From: Leucoraja erinacea
Lineage: Eukaryota
DNA: 64,000 bases
Assembly (NCBI RefSeq): GCF_028641065.1
Contig: NC_073387.1
Coordinates: 26,164,001-26,228,000 of the forward strand
Direction: 5' to 3'
Shown here piece by piece: positions 51,293 to 62,629 of the stretch. The notes beneath the pieces are model-generated. The model was not told where the DNA came from, searched no databases, and worked only from the letters and a program-made list of their open reading frames with translations. The position numbers and the translations under genes are program-made. Within the stretch, counting starts at the first letter, position 1. The number at the start of each line of letters is the position of its first letter.

Positions 51293-52110
51293 GATAGAAA
51301 CATAGAAAATAGGTGCAGGAGTAGGCCATTCGGCCCTTTGAGCCTGCACCGCCATTCAATATGATCATGGCCGATCATCCAACTCAATATCCCGTACCTG
51401 CCTTCTCTCCATACCCCCTGATCCCTTTAGCCACAAGTTCCACATCTAACTCCCTCTTAAATATAGCCAATGAACTGGCCTCAACTACTTTCTGTGGAAG
51501 AGTTCCAGAGATTCACCACTCTCATGAGAAAAATGTTTTTCTCATCTTGGTCCTAAAGGATTTCCCCTCAATCGTTAAGCTGTGACCCCTTCTCCTGGGC
51601 TTCCCCAACATCGGGAACAATCTTCCTGCATCTAACCTGTCCAACCCCTCAAGAATTTTGTAAGTTTCTATAAGATTCCCCCTCAATCTCCTAAATTCTA
51701 GCAAGTACAAGCCGAGTCTATCCAGTCTTTCTTCATATGAAAGTCCTGACATCCCAGGAATCAGTCTGGTGAACCTTCTCTGCACTCCCTCTATGGCAAT
51801 AATGTCCTTCCTCAGATTTGGAGACCAAAACTGTACGCAATACTCCAGGTGTGGTCTCACCAAGACCCTGTACAACTGCAGTAGAACCTCCCTGTTCCTA
51901 TACGTAAATCCTTTTTCTATGAATGCTAACATACCATTCGCTTTTTTCACTGCCTGCTGCACCTGCATGCTTACTTTCAATGACTCGCGTACCATGACAC
52001 CTAGGTCTCGCCACCATTTAGATAATAGTCTGCTTTCCTGTTTTTGCCACCAAAGTGGATAACCTCACATTTATCCACATTGTACTGCATCTGTCATGCA
52101 TTTGCCCACT
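51293..52110 (-). mobile_element. CR1 LINE 3' fragment
   Basis: ORF 51522-51995 (LVRPHLEYCVQFWSP) plus 3'UTR. Confidence 0.95.
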
Positions 52111-53959
52111 GGCAATGGTGGCCTGGTGCTTGTCAGTGGGGTCATGGTCCAGGGGTAAGTAGGAGGAGGTGGCCTCAACTTTGTAGAGATCGAGGCGCCA
52201 GACTACCAGGGCACCTCCCTTGTCAGCTGGTTTGATAACCCAAGTATCAAACCAACCGTCAATTGTAATTTATGCGCGTTGGATATTGATGTAACGCCAG
52301 AGCAGGAGCCAAGTGGCTGATATGATTTGCCCACTGCCCTCCCGCATTCTGTGGAAATGTGCTTCCACATTCCCAACCCCCTTCCACCGTCTGGGGAAAG
52401 GTGTGTCCCTGACACCAGTCCAGGTAACACCCTGTCATTAGTTAACAAAGTGCTTCCTTCTGACTGTGCAAAACCTGTTGAGAGTTTGTTCCTATTTCCC
52501 TCTGTCCCTTGATCAAAATGGATCAATTATAACAGCCTGGATTAGACAAGGTCTCTATTTTGTTAAGAAACTGTTTGTGAGGAGTTTGGACATTCTGAAA
52601 TTAAACTGGGCTCACTGAAACATGGACACTCTGTCAGGAGGTTGACAGGGTAGAAACTATATTCATATTTTTCCTGGTGGGTGGCATTGCTATGAAATAG
52701 AGCTGATATTTCTAAATTAATGGTTGGAGATTCAGGATCAACTTCAGAAAAAACTTCTTCACCCAAGTGGAGTACAACTTTGGACGTTTGTTCCCAGGAT
52801 GTCTGGGTATTAGATTTGATGTGATGTGCAAACTGTTTGGAGGTGGTAGTTTTTGTGGACTTACTAGTTGTAAGGTTCTGCATGGAAGTGTACAAAAACT
52901 GATGCTACAAGGTATTAAAGTAAATGTGGAGATGAATTATGTCTGCTGTTTGGAGAGTGGTATTAAATGGCAAGAGAATTATCCCAGAAATGAGTAAATT
53001 AACATATGTTGAGCGTTTGACCGCACTGGGCCTCTACTCGCTGGAGTTTAAACGTCATTGGAACTTACTGAATATTGAAAGGCCTTGATAGAGTTGATGT
53101 GGAGAGAATGTTTCCACGTGAGAGAGTCTAGGACCAGAGGTCATAGCCTCAGAATAAAAGGATATTCCTTTAGGAAGGAGATGAAGATGAATTATTTAGA
53201 GGGTGGTGAATCTGTGGAATTCAGTAACAACCATTGGGTATTTGTGCAGGTTCATTGCTGAGTCCAGTCTACCAACTACAAATAGTTGTGAAGTCACTCC
53301 ACTGCCTCCCCTAACCAGTTCTGTAAAATCCTCTCAGCCAGAGCAATCCCCATCAGTCACTGCCTATGCACAGGAAGCAGGAACACAGGCAGATAGTCTG
53401 ATTTTCCAAAGTGCGGGCAAGAGTTGGTGCAATAGGTGTCTCTAATGGTAGAGCACCAGTGGTTGAGAATATTTGATCCTCTGGTGGGACAGGGAATATG
53501 CTGATGGGAATGTCTTCTTCAAGCTAGAGATTCAAGAAACCGCAGATGCTGGAACCTTGAGCAAAAAACAAACTGCTGCAGGAACTCAGCGGGTCAGGCA
53601 GCATCAGTCAGATGAATGGTCCTGACCTCCAGCAGTATGTGTTTTGTTCTTTAAGCAAGACGGATTGAAATCTCAGGCTATGATGGAGAACACATTGGGA
53701 CAATCTTTGTTGGACTTCAAACATTTCTACACGGAACAAAGAGGATGGCATTGGTAAAATGAAAAGAGAAGATTGCATCAATGAAAATGCAATGGTGTTA
53801 CTTTTAGGTTATAAGGAAATGACAGCGAGAGGGCGGCTTGCAGAGAGCAAAAGAGAGAACATCCTGTGGTTTTCTTGGTAAGATCTCTCTCTAAAATAAT
53901 CTTGACCTAACGGTTAAGTAATAGTTAATGTTGTAGGGTAGCTTGCAAATGAACTACAC

Positions 53960-54725
53960 AGATAATCCTCCAACATTTTCGCCACCTCCAACGGGATCCC
54001 ACCACTGGCCACATCTTCCCATCTGTTCCCCTTTCGGCTTTCCACAGAGACCGCTTCCTCCGTAACTCCTTGGTCAATTTGTCCCTTCCCACCCAAACCA
54101 CCTCCTCCCTTGGTACTTTCCCTTGCAATCGCAGGAAATGCTACACTTGTCGTTTTATCTCTCCCCGTGACTCCATCTAAAGACCCAAGCAGTCTTTCCA
54201 GATGAGGCAGAGGTTCACCTGCACCTCCTCCAACCTCATCTAATGCATCCGCTGTTCTAGGTGTCAACTGCTCTACATTGGTGAGACCAAGCGCAGGCTT
54301 GGCGATTGCTTCGCCCAACACCTCCGCACAGTTCGCATTAACCAACCTAATCTACTGGTGGCTCAACACTTCAACTCCCCCTCCCATTCCCAATCCGACC
54401 TTTCTGTCCTGGGCCTCCTCCATGGCCAGAGTGAGTCCCACCGCAAATTGGAGGAGTAGCACCTCATATTTTGCTTGGGTAGTTTACACCCCAGAGGTAT
54501 GAACATTGACCTCCTCAGGTAGTCCTTGCGTTCTCCCTCTTCCCCCCTCCCCATCCCAGCTCTCCCACAGCCTACTGTCTCCGCCTCTTCCTTTCTTCTT
54601 CTCGCCCCCCCCCCCCCCCCCAGCCCCACATCAGTCTGAAGAAGGGTCTCAACCCGAAACGTCACCTATTCCTTCGCTCCACAGATGCTGCTTCACCAGC
54701 TGAATTTCTCCAGCACTTATGTCTA
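53960..54725 (+). mobile_element. Penelope-like element 3' part: decayed GIY-YIG endonuclease plus pLTR
   Basis: Manual translation CNRRKCYTC...FTCTSSNLI*CIRCSRCQLLYIGETKRRLGD.FAQH...VAQHFNS..H...LGSLHPRGMNID with stops, then ctgaagaagggtctcaacccgaaacgtc. Confidence 0.9.
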
Positions 54726-54902
54726 AACATTGAATGACCACCTGTACAGGGACAGAGATGTCAGGAGTTGCAATTAGTGTTAAAGCTGTGCCAGGTACAG
54801 AGTGCAGAGGTCTCATTAGAGCATGGCAATCCGTAGTATTTAAAATTCTTCTTGAAGTTTTAAGTATAATCTAGTGTCATATTATTTATTGTGTTGTACT
54901 TA

Positions 54903-55195
54903 ACATAGAAACATAGAAAATAGATGCAGGAGGAGGCCATTCGGCCCTTCGAGCCAGCACCACCATTCATTGTGATCATGGCTGATCATCCCATATCAAT
55001 AACCCATGCCTGCCTTCTCCCCATATCCCTTGACTCCACTAGCCCCAAGAGCTCTATCTAACTCTCTCTTAAATCCATCCAGTGACTTGGCCTCCACTGC
55101 CCTCTGTGGCAGGGAATTCCATAAATTCACGACTCTCTGGGTGAAAACGTTTTTTCTCACCTCAGTCTTAAATGACCTCCCCTTTATTCTAAGAC
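54903..55195 (-). mobile_element. CR1 LINE 3' end
   Basis: LRIKGRSFKTEVRKNVFTQRVVNLWNSLP plus 3'UTR. Confidence 0.9.
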
Positions 55196-55521
55196 AGTAC
55201 ATATTCTTTGTGGCATTTGGTTGGATTTTAACAACATTTCCAGAGTTCTGTGTTGTGCTGCTCCACATGCCTGAATGGGTTTTCCAACCGAGACGGATTC
55301 TGGCTGAACTCTGAGGATGGGTGTAGGGAAACTACTTCTCCATCAGGTCGATGATGCCAACATGATACGACAGCTGGTGTAACGTTGCTTTCATGTTGAC
55401 ACTGTGACAGCTCTGTTGCAGAATTGTCAGTGTGATCTTGTTACTCTATAATTGTTGCTTTGACTTTGCTACAGGGACCATGGTCTTGTCGCATGGTCAC
55501 CCTACCAGTGTTACATCACAT

Positions 55522-55685
55522 GTGTAGGAAGGTGCTGCAGATGCTGGTTCAAACCGAAGACAGACACAAAAAGCTGGAGTAACTTGTCTGAAGAAGGGTC
55601 TTGACTCGAAACGTCACCCATTCCTTCTCTCCAGAGATGTTCTCTGTCCTGCTGAGTTATTCCAGCTTTTTGTGTCTATCTACCA
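55522..55685. mobile_element. Fold-back Penelope-derived element
   Basis: gacacaaaaagctggagtaact ... gttattccagctttttgtgtc inverted arms around ctgaagaagggtcttgactcgaaacgtc. Confidence 0.75.
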
Positions 55686-57155
55686 CTGTTACATTGCTGC
55701 TCTCCCCTGTGTGAGGAGTTAGCTGTTGCTATTCCTATGTCACCTTCCAGATCACCACCCACAGTGCAGTGTGCAAATGAAACCCCAGCATCACTCTGCT
55801 GCTGATTTAGAAGTTTAATTTTTGTTGACATGATGTGGAGAAAGTGTTGCCAACTGTGAATGAATCCTGTTGATCTTTCCCGAAACTCCTCCTCATGTCC
55901 CTTTGCTTCTCTGTATTGAGATCCCCGTGATCATCCCCACATCACATTTCCCAGCTTGACAAGTTGTTTTGCATCAAAGGAAACTGAATGGCTCTCAAAA
56001 CCAAATCCATTGCTTTCTTCTGCAGTCTCTTTGGACTCCTTCAACTTATTGTCGTGGATCATTTTCTTCTCCCAATCCTCACACTTTTGATTACTTCCCC
56101 AATTTCTCATTCACCTCACACCACTTATTCCTCACACCTATCTGCCGTTCATCTCCCAATCTCTTGACACATACTCAATGCCCCACCCTATGAAAACAAG
56201 CATATCATATGCCTTCTTTACCACTCTACCCACATGTATTCCCATTTCTAGTGTCATGGTTATAACAGCAGCCCGGGGTAAACCAGTTTTGGAGCTCGCA
56301 TTATTCCAGTTTAGAGACTCATGTGTTGTGCAGGGTGTGCAGAATGAAACCGTTAGTGCAGGCTGGAGTGATAATAGAAACTGACGGGGATGTGGACTTA
56401 CCATTGGAGCCAATCCCTTGCCTCGATCGGCGCTCCAACTGCGGTTTTCACTATCGAGGAGCTCGCAGTCTTGGGTAGAGAACGATGTCAGGAGCTCCAA
56501 ACGACGTAGAAGGTTTTGACCAGCCCCAACCCAGGGTCAAATCGCCCAGCGCGGGGGAGCTGAGATTCCCCCCTGATGCAGGAGCTTGTTCGCCCCGACG
56601 CGGAGGGCCGGCTATGGGAGCCAAGATTGTCCCCGAAGGCTCGAGGCCCCCAACCGTGGGAGAACAAAGAAGGAAAAGAGATTTAACTTTTTCCTCCTTC
56701 CAACACAGTGAGGAATGTGGAGGAGTCACAGTGGTGGATGTTTATGTTAAATTTATGTTAAAATGTATTTTGTGTGTTCTGTTGCTTTTTATTGGTATGA
56801 CTGTATGGCAAATGAAATTCCTCATATGTTGCAAAACATACTTGGCTAATAAAGTATGATTATGAAAATGCTAGAAATATTATCTCAGTCTCCCGGAGAC
56901 AGACATAAAATGCCCGGAAACTCTCGCTTTCTCCCCATTTCATCGCCTTCTCTTCACAAATAAAACATTGAGAAGTGGCACTAAATCCCAGGACTCGGGT
57001 GGAGCAGCGACCCAGCCAGTCCGGCACTTGGCAACATTTCCACTCTGCCTGCTGCTACTGCACAGGACAGACACGAGATCTGCTCGGTGCATTTTGTCAC
57101 CAGTGATCTGAAGATCTAAACTGACAGCAACGGTGAAGGAGGTTGTAATTTATGC

Positions 57156-59025
57156 ATTTCAGCCCGAAACGTTGCCTATTTCCTTCGCTCCATAGAGGAA
57201 GAAGGGTTTCGGCCCGAGACGTTGCCTATTTCCTTCGCTCCATAGAGGAAGAAGGGTTTCGGCCCGAAACGTTGCCTATTTCAGATTCAGATTCAGATTC
57301 AATTTTATTGTCATTGGCAGTGTACAGTACAGAGACAACAAAATGCATTTAGCATCTCCCTTGAAGAGCGACATAGCAAACGATTTGAATAAATAATAAT
57401 AAGTGTCGGGGGGGGGGGGGGTGGGGGGGGGGGGGGGTGATTGGCAGTCACCGAGGTACGTTGTTGAGTAGAGTGACAGCCGCCGGAGAGAAGCTGTTCC
57501 TCGACCTGCTGGTTCGGCAACGGAGAGACCTGTAGCGCCTCCCGGATGGTAGGAGGGTAAACAGTCCATGGTTGGGGTGAGAGCAGTCCTTGGCGATGCT
57601 GAGCGCCCTCCGCAGACAGCGCTTGCTTTGGACAGACTCAATGGAGGGGAGCGTGGAACCGGTGATGCGTTGGGCAATTTTCACCACCCTCTGCAATGCC
57701 TTCCGGTCGGAGACAGAGCAGTTGCCATACCATACTGTGATGCAGTTGGTAAGGATGCTCTCGATGGTGCAGCGGTAGAAGTTCACCAGGATCTGAGGAG
57801 ACAGATGGACCTTCTTCAGTCTCCTCAGGAAGAAGAGACGCTGATGAGCCTTCTTGATCAGAGTAGAGGTATTGTGGGTCCAAGAGAGGTCATCGGAGAT
57901 GTTGACTCCCAGGAACCTGAAGCTAGAAACACGTTCCACCTCCGTCCCGTTAATGTGGATGGGGGTGTGCGTGCCGCCTCTGGACTTCCTGAAGTCTACA
58001 ATGAGCTCCTTGGTCTTCTTGGAGTTAAGGGCCAGGTTGTTGTCAGCGCACCATGCTGCTAAGTGCTGGACCTCCTCCCTGTAGGCCAGCTCATCGTTGT
58101 TGCTGATGAGGCCAATCACCGTTGTATCATCTGCATACTTGATGATGGTGTTAGTACCATGTACAGGTGTGCAGTCATAGGTGAAGAGGGAGTAGAGGAG
58201 GGGGCTCAGCACACAGCCCTGAGGAACGCCGGTGTGCAGGGTGAGGGTTGAAGAGGTGTGCTTGTCTAACCTCACAGACTGGGGTCTGTTGGTTAGAAAG
58301 TCCAGTATCCAGTTGCAGAGGGAGGGGTCGATGCCCAGGTTACCGAGTTTGGTGATCAGTTTTGATGGAATAATGGTGTTGAATGCTGAGCTGTAATCGA
58401 TGAACAGCATTCTTACATAAGTGTCTCTGTTGTCGAGGTGGGAGAGGGCGGAGTGAAGTGCCGTTGAGATGGCATCCTCCGTACTCCTGTTCTTGCGGTA
58501 GGCAAACTGATAGGGATCTAGTGTGGGGGGTAGGCAGCTTTTGAGGTGTGCCAGGACCAGCCTCTCGAAGCACTTGGTGATGATGGGGGTAAGTGCAACT
58601 GGGCGGAAGTCGTTGAGGCTTGCCGCAGTGGAGTGTTTTGGCACTGGCACGATGAAGGTGGCTTTAAGGCAAGTGGGGACAACTGCTTGGGCAAGTGACA
58701 GGTTGAAGATGTCAGTCCAGACGTCTGTCAGCTGCGCAGCACAGGCCCTGAGCACGCGCCCGGGGATGCCGTCAGGGCCAGCAGCTTTACGTGCATTAGT
58801 CCTACTCAGTGCCACGTACACGTCGTAGGGGGTGAGTGTGAGGGGTTGGTGATCGGCAGGTAGCACAGCCTTGATGGCTGTCTCTAGATTGTCCCTGTCG
58901 AAGCGGCCATAGAAGTGATTAAGCTTCTTTCCTTCGCTCCATAGGTGCTGCTGCACCCGCTGAGTTTCTCCAGCTTTTTTGTGTAACCTTCGATTCTCCA
59001 GCATCTGCAGTTCCCTCTTAAACAC
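57156..59025 (+). mobile_element. Penelope-derived element (50-bp triplication at its 5' end) hosting a Rex1 insertion
   Basis: Flanked by tgtaatttatgc duplication (57144-57155, 59026-59037); pLTR sequence resumes at ~58928. Confidence 0.75.
57281..58927 (-). mobile_element. Young 5'-truncated Rex1/Babar LINE with uninterrupted RT frame
   Basis: ORF 57448-59025: [54 protein letters not shown]; (ctgaat)n tail. The first ~33 aa of the listed ORF come from the flanking element. Confidence 0.95.
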
Positions 59026-59209
59026 TGTAATTTATGCGCGTTGGATATTGATGTAACGCCAGAGCAGGAGCCAAGTGGCTGATATGATTTGCCTCAATTC
59101 ATAATACTGTGAAACAAACTCGTGTCCACGTCAAGTAGGAAACAACTCGTAGCCACAGGACAGGATGTGCCCCAGCGACAGCTCAGAGAGCGGCCGTGAC
59201 AGCGCCTTC

Positions 59210-59295
59210 GAGTCTGAAGAAGGGGCCCGTCCCGGAACGTCACCTATTCCTTCTCTCCAGAGATGCTGCCTGGCCCGCTGTGTTACTCCAGCACC
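59210..59295 (+). mobile_element. Penelope pLTR fragment immediately upstream of the TIM ATG
   Basis: gtctgaagaaggggcccgtcccggaacgtcacctattccttctctccagagatgctgcctggcccgctgtgttactccagca. Confidence 0.8.
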
Positions 59296-59310
59296 ACAGT
59301 GTCCAGCGCG

Positions 59311-59362
59311 ATGGTTGTTACTGGCGGTGTGGCTCATTTGATCGTAGTATCTCTTATTTTAG
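59311..59362 (+). CDS. TIM/HAVCR-family gene, exon 1 (signal peptide)
   Basis: gcgATGG start context; MVVTGGVAHLIVVSLIL then phase-1 donor ag|gtacgt. Splices in frame to the IgV exon, giving ...SLILGRVALATG-SEV, a plausible signal peptide. Confidence 0.75.
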
Positions 59363-60140
59363 GTACGTTTCCGGGTCAGGAATTGAATTAGTTTGTTAAA
59401 TCGTGTTATTCAAACTCCCTGGAATGCAGTAGGTGAGATGTGTGTGTGTGTGTGTAACTGAGGAAGTACAGCCGAGTCACCGAGTGATGCCGGGTCTGAT
59501 CGTGAGGACGGGCTGGAGTTGAGAAGGTCGAGGGGTGAACTAACGGGATCATTGGGGTTGAAGTCCAGGTGGGCGCTGATCTGACGGCATAGAGGATATT
59601 CGACTACGAATCTGTTCCACTGGTTTTGGCAGTTCAATGGGTTTGTTAACGGACAAATAGACCAAAGGCTGGAGCTGTGGTCCGAATTGTTTGTCCCGGT
59701 TCTACCCGTATCCGGGGAGTTTGGAATCTAATGAAATAAAATGTGAACAAAATGTCAAGAGAGGAAAATATTCGCCTCCCAGGAGTCATTCAGGGATTAC
59801 AATGTGTGTCGGTCCCTGTCCCATATGTCCTCGTGTCTGTCTCTGAAATTGCTTCACAAGCCGACAAGCTGAGTCAAAGCTGCTACAGAAATGCAGCGAT
59901 TGGAGACGGCCGCTCGCCACCAGTTACCCTGGGATAAAGGGGTGGAGGTGGGGGGTAAATACTGGATCTGCCTGCAATACACACATCCCGATAAATATAA
60001 ACCCTTTCACAATATTCCCAATTGCCGCCAGCGGTAACGGGCTCATTTTCTCAGCGCTGGGACCGGGTTGTCACAATGTGGCCACTCCCTTCCTCATCAC
60101 TCAGCGCCGGCTATAACTGTCTTTTCCCGGACTGTTTCAG

Positions 60141-60491
60141 GTCGAGTGGCCCTTGCCACCGGATCAGAAGTGCGAGGATACCCGGGACAGGCGATCACTC
60201 TGCCGTGCCGCTACTCTGCCAAAATGTATGGTAAAACTGAGATGTGCTGGGGTCGGGGAAAGTGCCCTACCTTCTTGGACTGTAGATCTGTACTGATTAA
60301 AACAAACGGAGAAACAGTAACTTCAGCAGTATCCGAGAAATATCAGCTTGATGGTAACATTGAGCAAGGAAACGTGTCGCTCACGATAAAGCAGCTCCGG
60401 AAAGAAGACGGCGGCTGGTATTGCTGCCGTGTGGTGTGGCGTGGACCGTTTAATGATGACAAAGTGAATCTGAATGTGCTGGTTTTGGATG
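60141..60491 (+). CDS. TIM family (HAVCR1/HAVCR2/TIMD4-like) IgV-domain exon
   Basis: TLPCRY, MCWGRGKCP..C, KYQL.G.I..GNVSLTI, D.G.YCCRV..RGPFND.K: six-Cys TIM IgV signature. Acceptor tttcag|, donor g|gtaagc, 351 nt, phase 1-1. Orthology not assignable by eye. Confidence 0.93.
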
Positions 60492-60569
60492 GTAAGCAGC
60501 TCAATATTACACGTTTCTGTCTCATTCCTGGCGTCGCAACGATGTTGCTGTTAACAAAGTTTCCTCACA

Positions 60570-61050
60570 GCTGTAGTGACCCAGGTTCGATCCTAACCTC
60601 CAGTGCCACCTGCGTGGAGTTCGCAGGTTCTCCACCAGTTTCCCCTCGTGTTCTAGTTTTCTCCCAGGTTCGATGATGCGAGTGGGTTAAACTGCCTCTT
60701 GTGTAGAATAGTGGGGCGCAGATCGACAGGTTCCTGGGATATACGTACGGGATGGATCGCTGCGAATGTTTGAACAGGTGGCATGGTCTTGTTGGGCTGA
60801 ATGGCCCTCTTCTGCCCCCTTAGGGAAATATCAAAACACCATATTATTGTTTCTAGATTAATTGTTAACTCTAATTAACATTGTTAAGCAAAGGGTGAAG
60901 TCGCCGCTGTAAAATGTCCCTAATGTGCAGGGCGGGGATGAGAAAATAGCATAACGTAGATTTGATATGAATTAGTGCTAGATGGTCGGCGTGGACTGTG
61001 GGACGAAGGGCCTGATTCCATGCTGTAACTTTCAATCAATCAATCAATTA
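60570..61050 (+). mobile_element. Degenerate V-SINE fragments in TIM intron 2
   Basis: gacccaggttcgatcc B-box-like head, ...gaagggcctgattccatgctgt...(tcaa)n tail. Confidence 0.55.
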
Positions 61051-61259
61051 AAAAATCCGTTGAATATCTAGCACTATGAATGAAGTGCAGGTGAAAATAG
61101 CAGGCCGGTAGAATGTAATATGGACAACGAGTCCATTGACAGAGATATTGTGAGGAGGAACGATTAATGTTTTATATCAGGTATATAATACAGAAACATT
61201 GGGTGTTTCCCATTCTGGCGTTTATAGCCATGTCTTTAAACTACAAGAAACATGAGCAG

Positions 61260-61400
61260 AGTAGGAAGGAACTGTAGATGCTGGTTTACACCGAAGATGG
61301 ACACAAAATGCTGGAGTAACTCAGCGGGACAGGCAGCATCTCTGGATGACGTTTCGGTTTGAGACCCTTCTTTAGACCGAGGGACAGGGGAGAGGTCAGA
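61260..61400 (-). mobile_element. Penelope-derived element
   Basis: Same pLTR-derived sequence as at 235-1380. Confidence 0.75.
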
Positions 61401-62085
61401 GAAGGAAGTGTAAGTGAAATAGGAGCAGACTGGGTGGAGTCTGTCATCTCCCCGTAACATTAAACACCTTAATTACTAATTAGAGTTAACAATGAATCTA
61501 GAAACAATAATATGTTATTGCATGTCAATCTCCACTTTAAAAATACCCAAAGACTTGGCTAGTTTTGTTGCCATGTGGAGATCTTTGGACTGTTTCAAGA
61601 CGTGAAAGTGAATTTGGACCGTAGGCAGCTCAATGTCCTTCTACTTGCTGAATACAGATGCAAAGTTAGCATTTAGTGCCTCGCCTACATCCTCTGACAC
61701 TTTGGACAACTTCTAGTCCCGTCATCACACACAGTTCCACTTCCAGTGCTTCCCCGAGATCAACCAGCTGCACTGTCCTGGCAGACCCATTGCACCCACC
61801 ACCTTCAGGCTTCCAATCCAAAATAAAATGCTTACTCCAACCCTGTTTTGCCTTTGTCAATGATGGCACATCAGTAACTCCAATCCAATGGATTATTATG
61901 CTTTTTAAATGTGGAAACATCAAAGGCCATATGAATGTCCAGAAACACCACATCCACTGGTTCTATATTCTACTCAGTGGGTTAGCTGTGTGTGAGCTGA
62001 ATGATGCAGTATGTGGAAAAGCAATGAGTGAGAAAGAGAAAATATGTCTTCACTCGCACGAGCACAATAATTATTTTTTCTTCAG

Positions 62086-62175
62086 TTCTAGAGATCACCA
62101 CACCGAATCCTTCAACCACAAATGAGTCTGTCCATGCACAGGATGCAAACTCTGTCACAGCTTCTACATTTGAAG
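62086..62175 (+). CDS. TIM gene mucin-stalk exon
   Basis: Acceptor ttttttcttcag|, donor aag|gtcaga, 90 nt, phase 1-1. Reads VLEITTPNPSTTNESVHAQDANSVTASTFE (Ser/Thr-rich, NES sequon). Confidence 0.7.
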
Positions 62176-62629
62176 GTCAGACTAAAATTTCAAACTATGA
62201 CAAGTTGTCTTCTAATGTCTGTTGCAATGTATTTTTATTTCCATAGACTGCATGATTTGACTGCAGATGATTAAAGTGGACAAGGATACCTTGAAATTTC
62301 TTTTAATACAAAATGTTTAATGTTTAGATTAGAACATTAAATATTAGGGATTTAAATTGGGTGAAGTATTGCCAAATGTATTCGGGAATTATTTGTGATT
62401 AAAGTGAAATGGGACATACATTTTATCAAGTACCTTTAACATTGTCAGGAGATTCCAAAGTACTGAACAACAAATGTAAGGCCAGCTTCTACAGACAAGA
62501 ATGTGGTGATTATGAGATATAGATTGCGATGTAGATTTTTAAATTGATTTTAATTAATGACTAATTATTGGCCAAGAACTAAGGTTATTTCTTGTTCTTT
62601 GAAATAATACCTTGGGATGTTTCATATTC

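Larger units (their letters stand above)
46811..59092. repeat. Tandem segmental duplication: copy A 46811-52330, copy B 52331-59092
   Basis: Both start cccactgccctcccgc and end ...gagccaagtggctgatatgatttgcc. Colinear blocks 47143/52377, 48465/53221, 48685/55727, 50462/56170. Confidence 0.9.

Noticed and set aside
60492-60676. C-terminal extension of ORF 60068-60676 as a transmembrane segment
   Set aside because: It lies beyond a consensus GTAAGC donor and runs into a SINE; intronic read-through.
61676-62125. 149-aa Ser/Thr-rich ORF as a TIM mucin exon
   Set aside because: Weak acceptor and no convincing phase-1 donor after the S/T-rich part; not excluded, but unsupported compared with 62086-62175.
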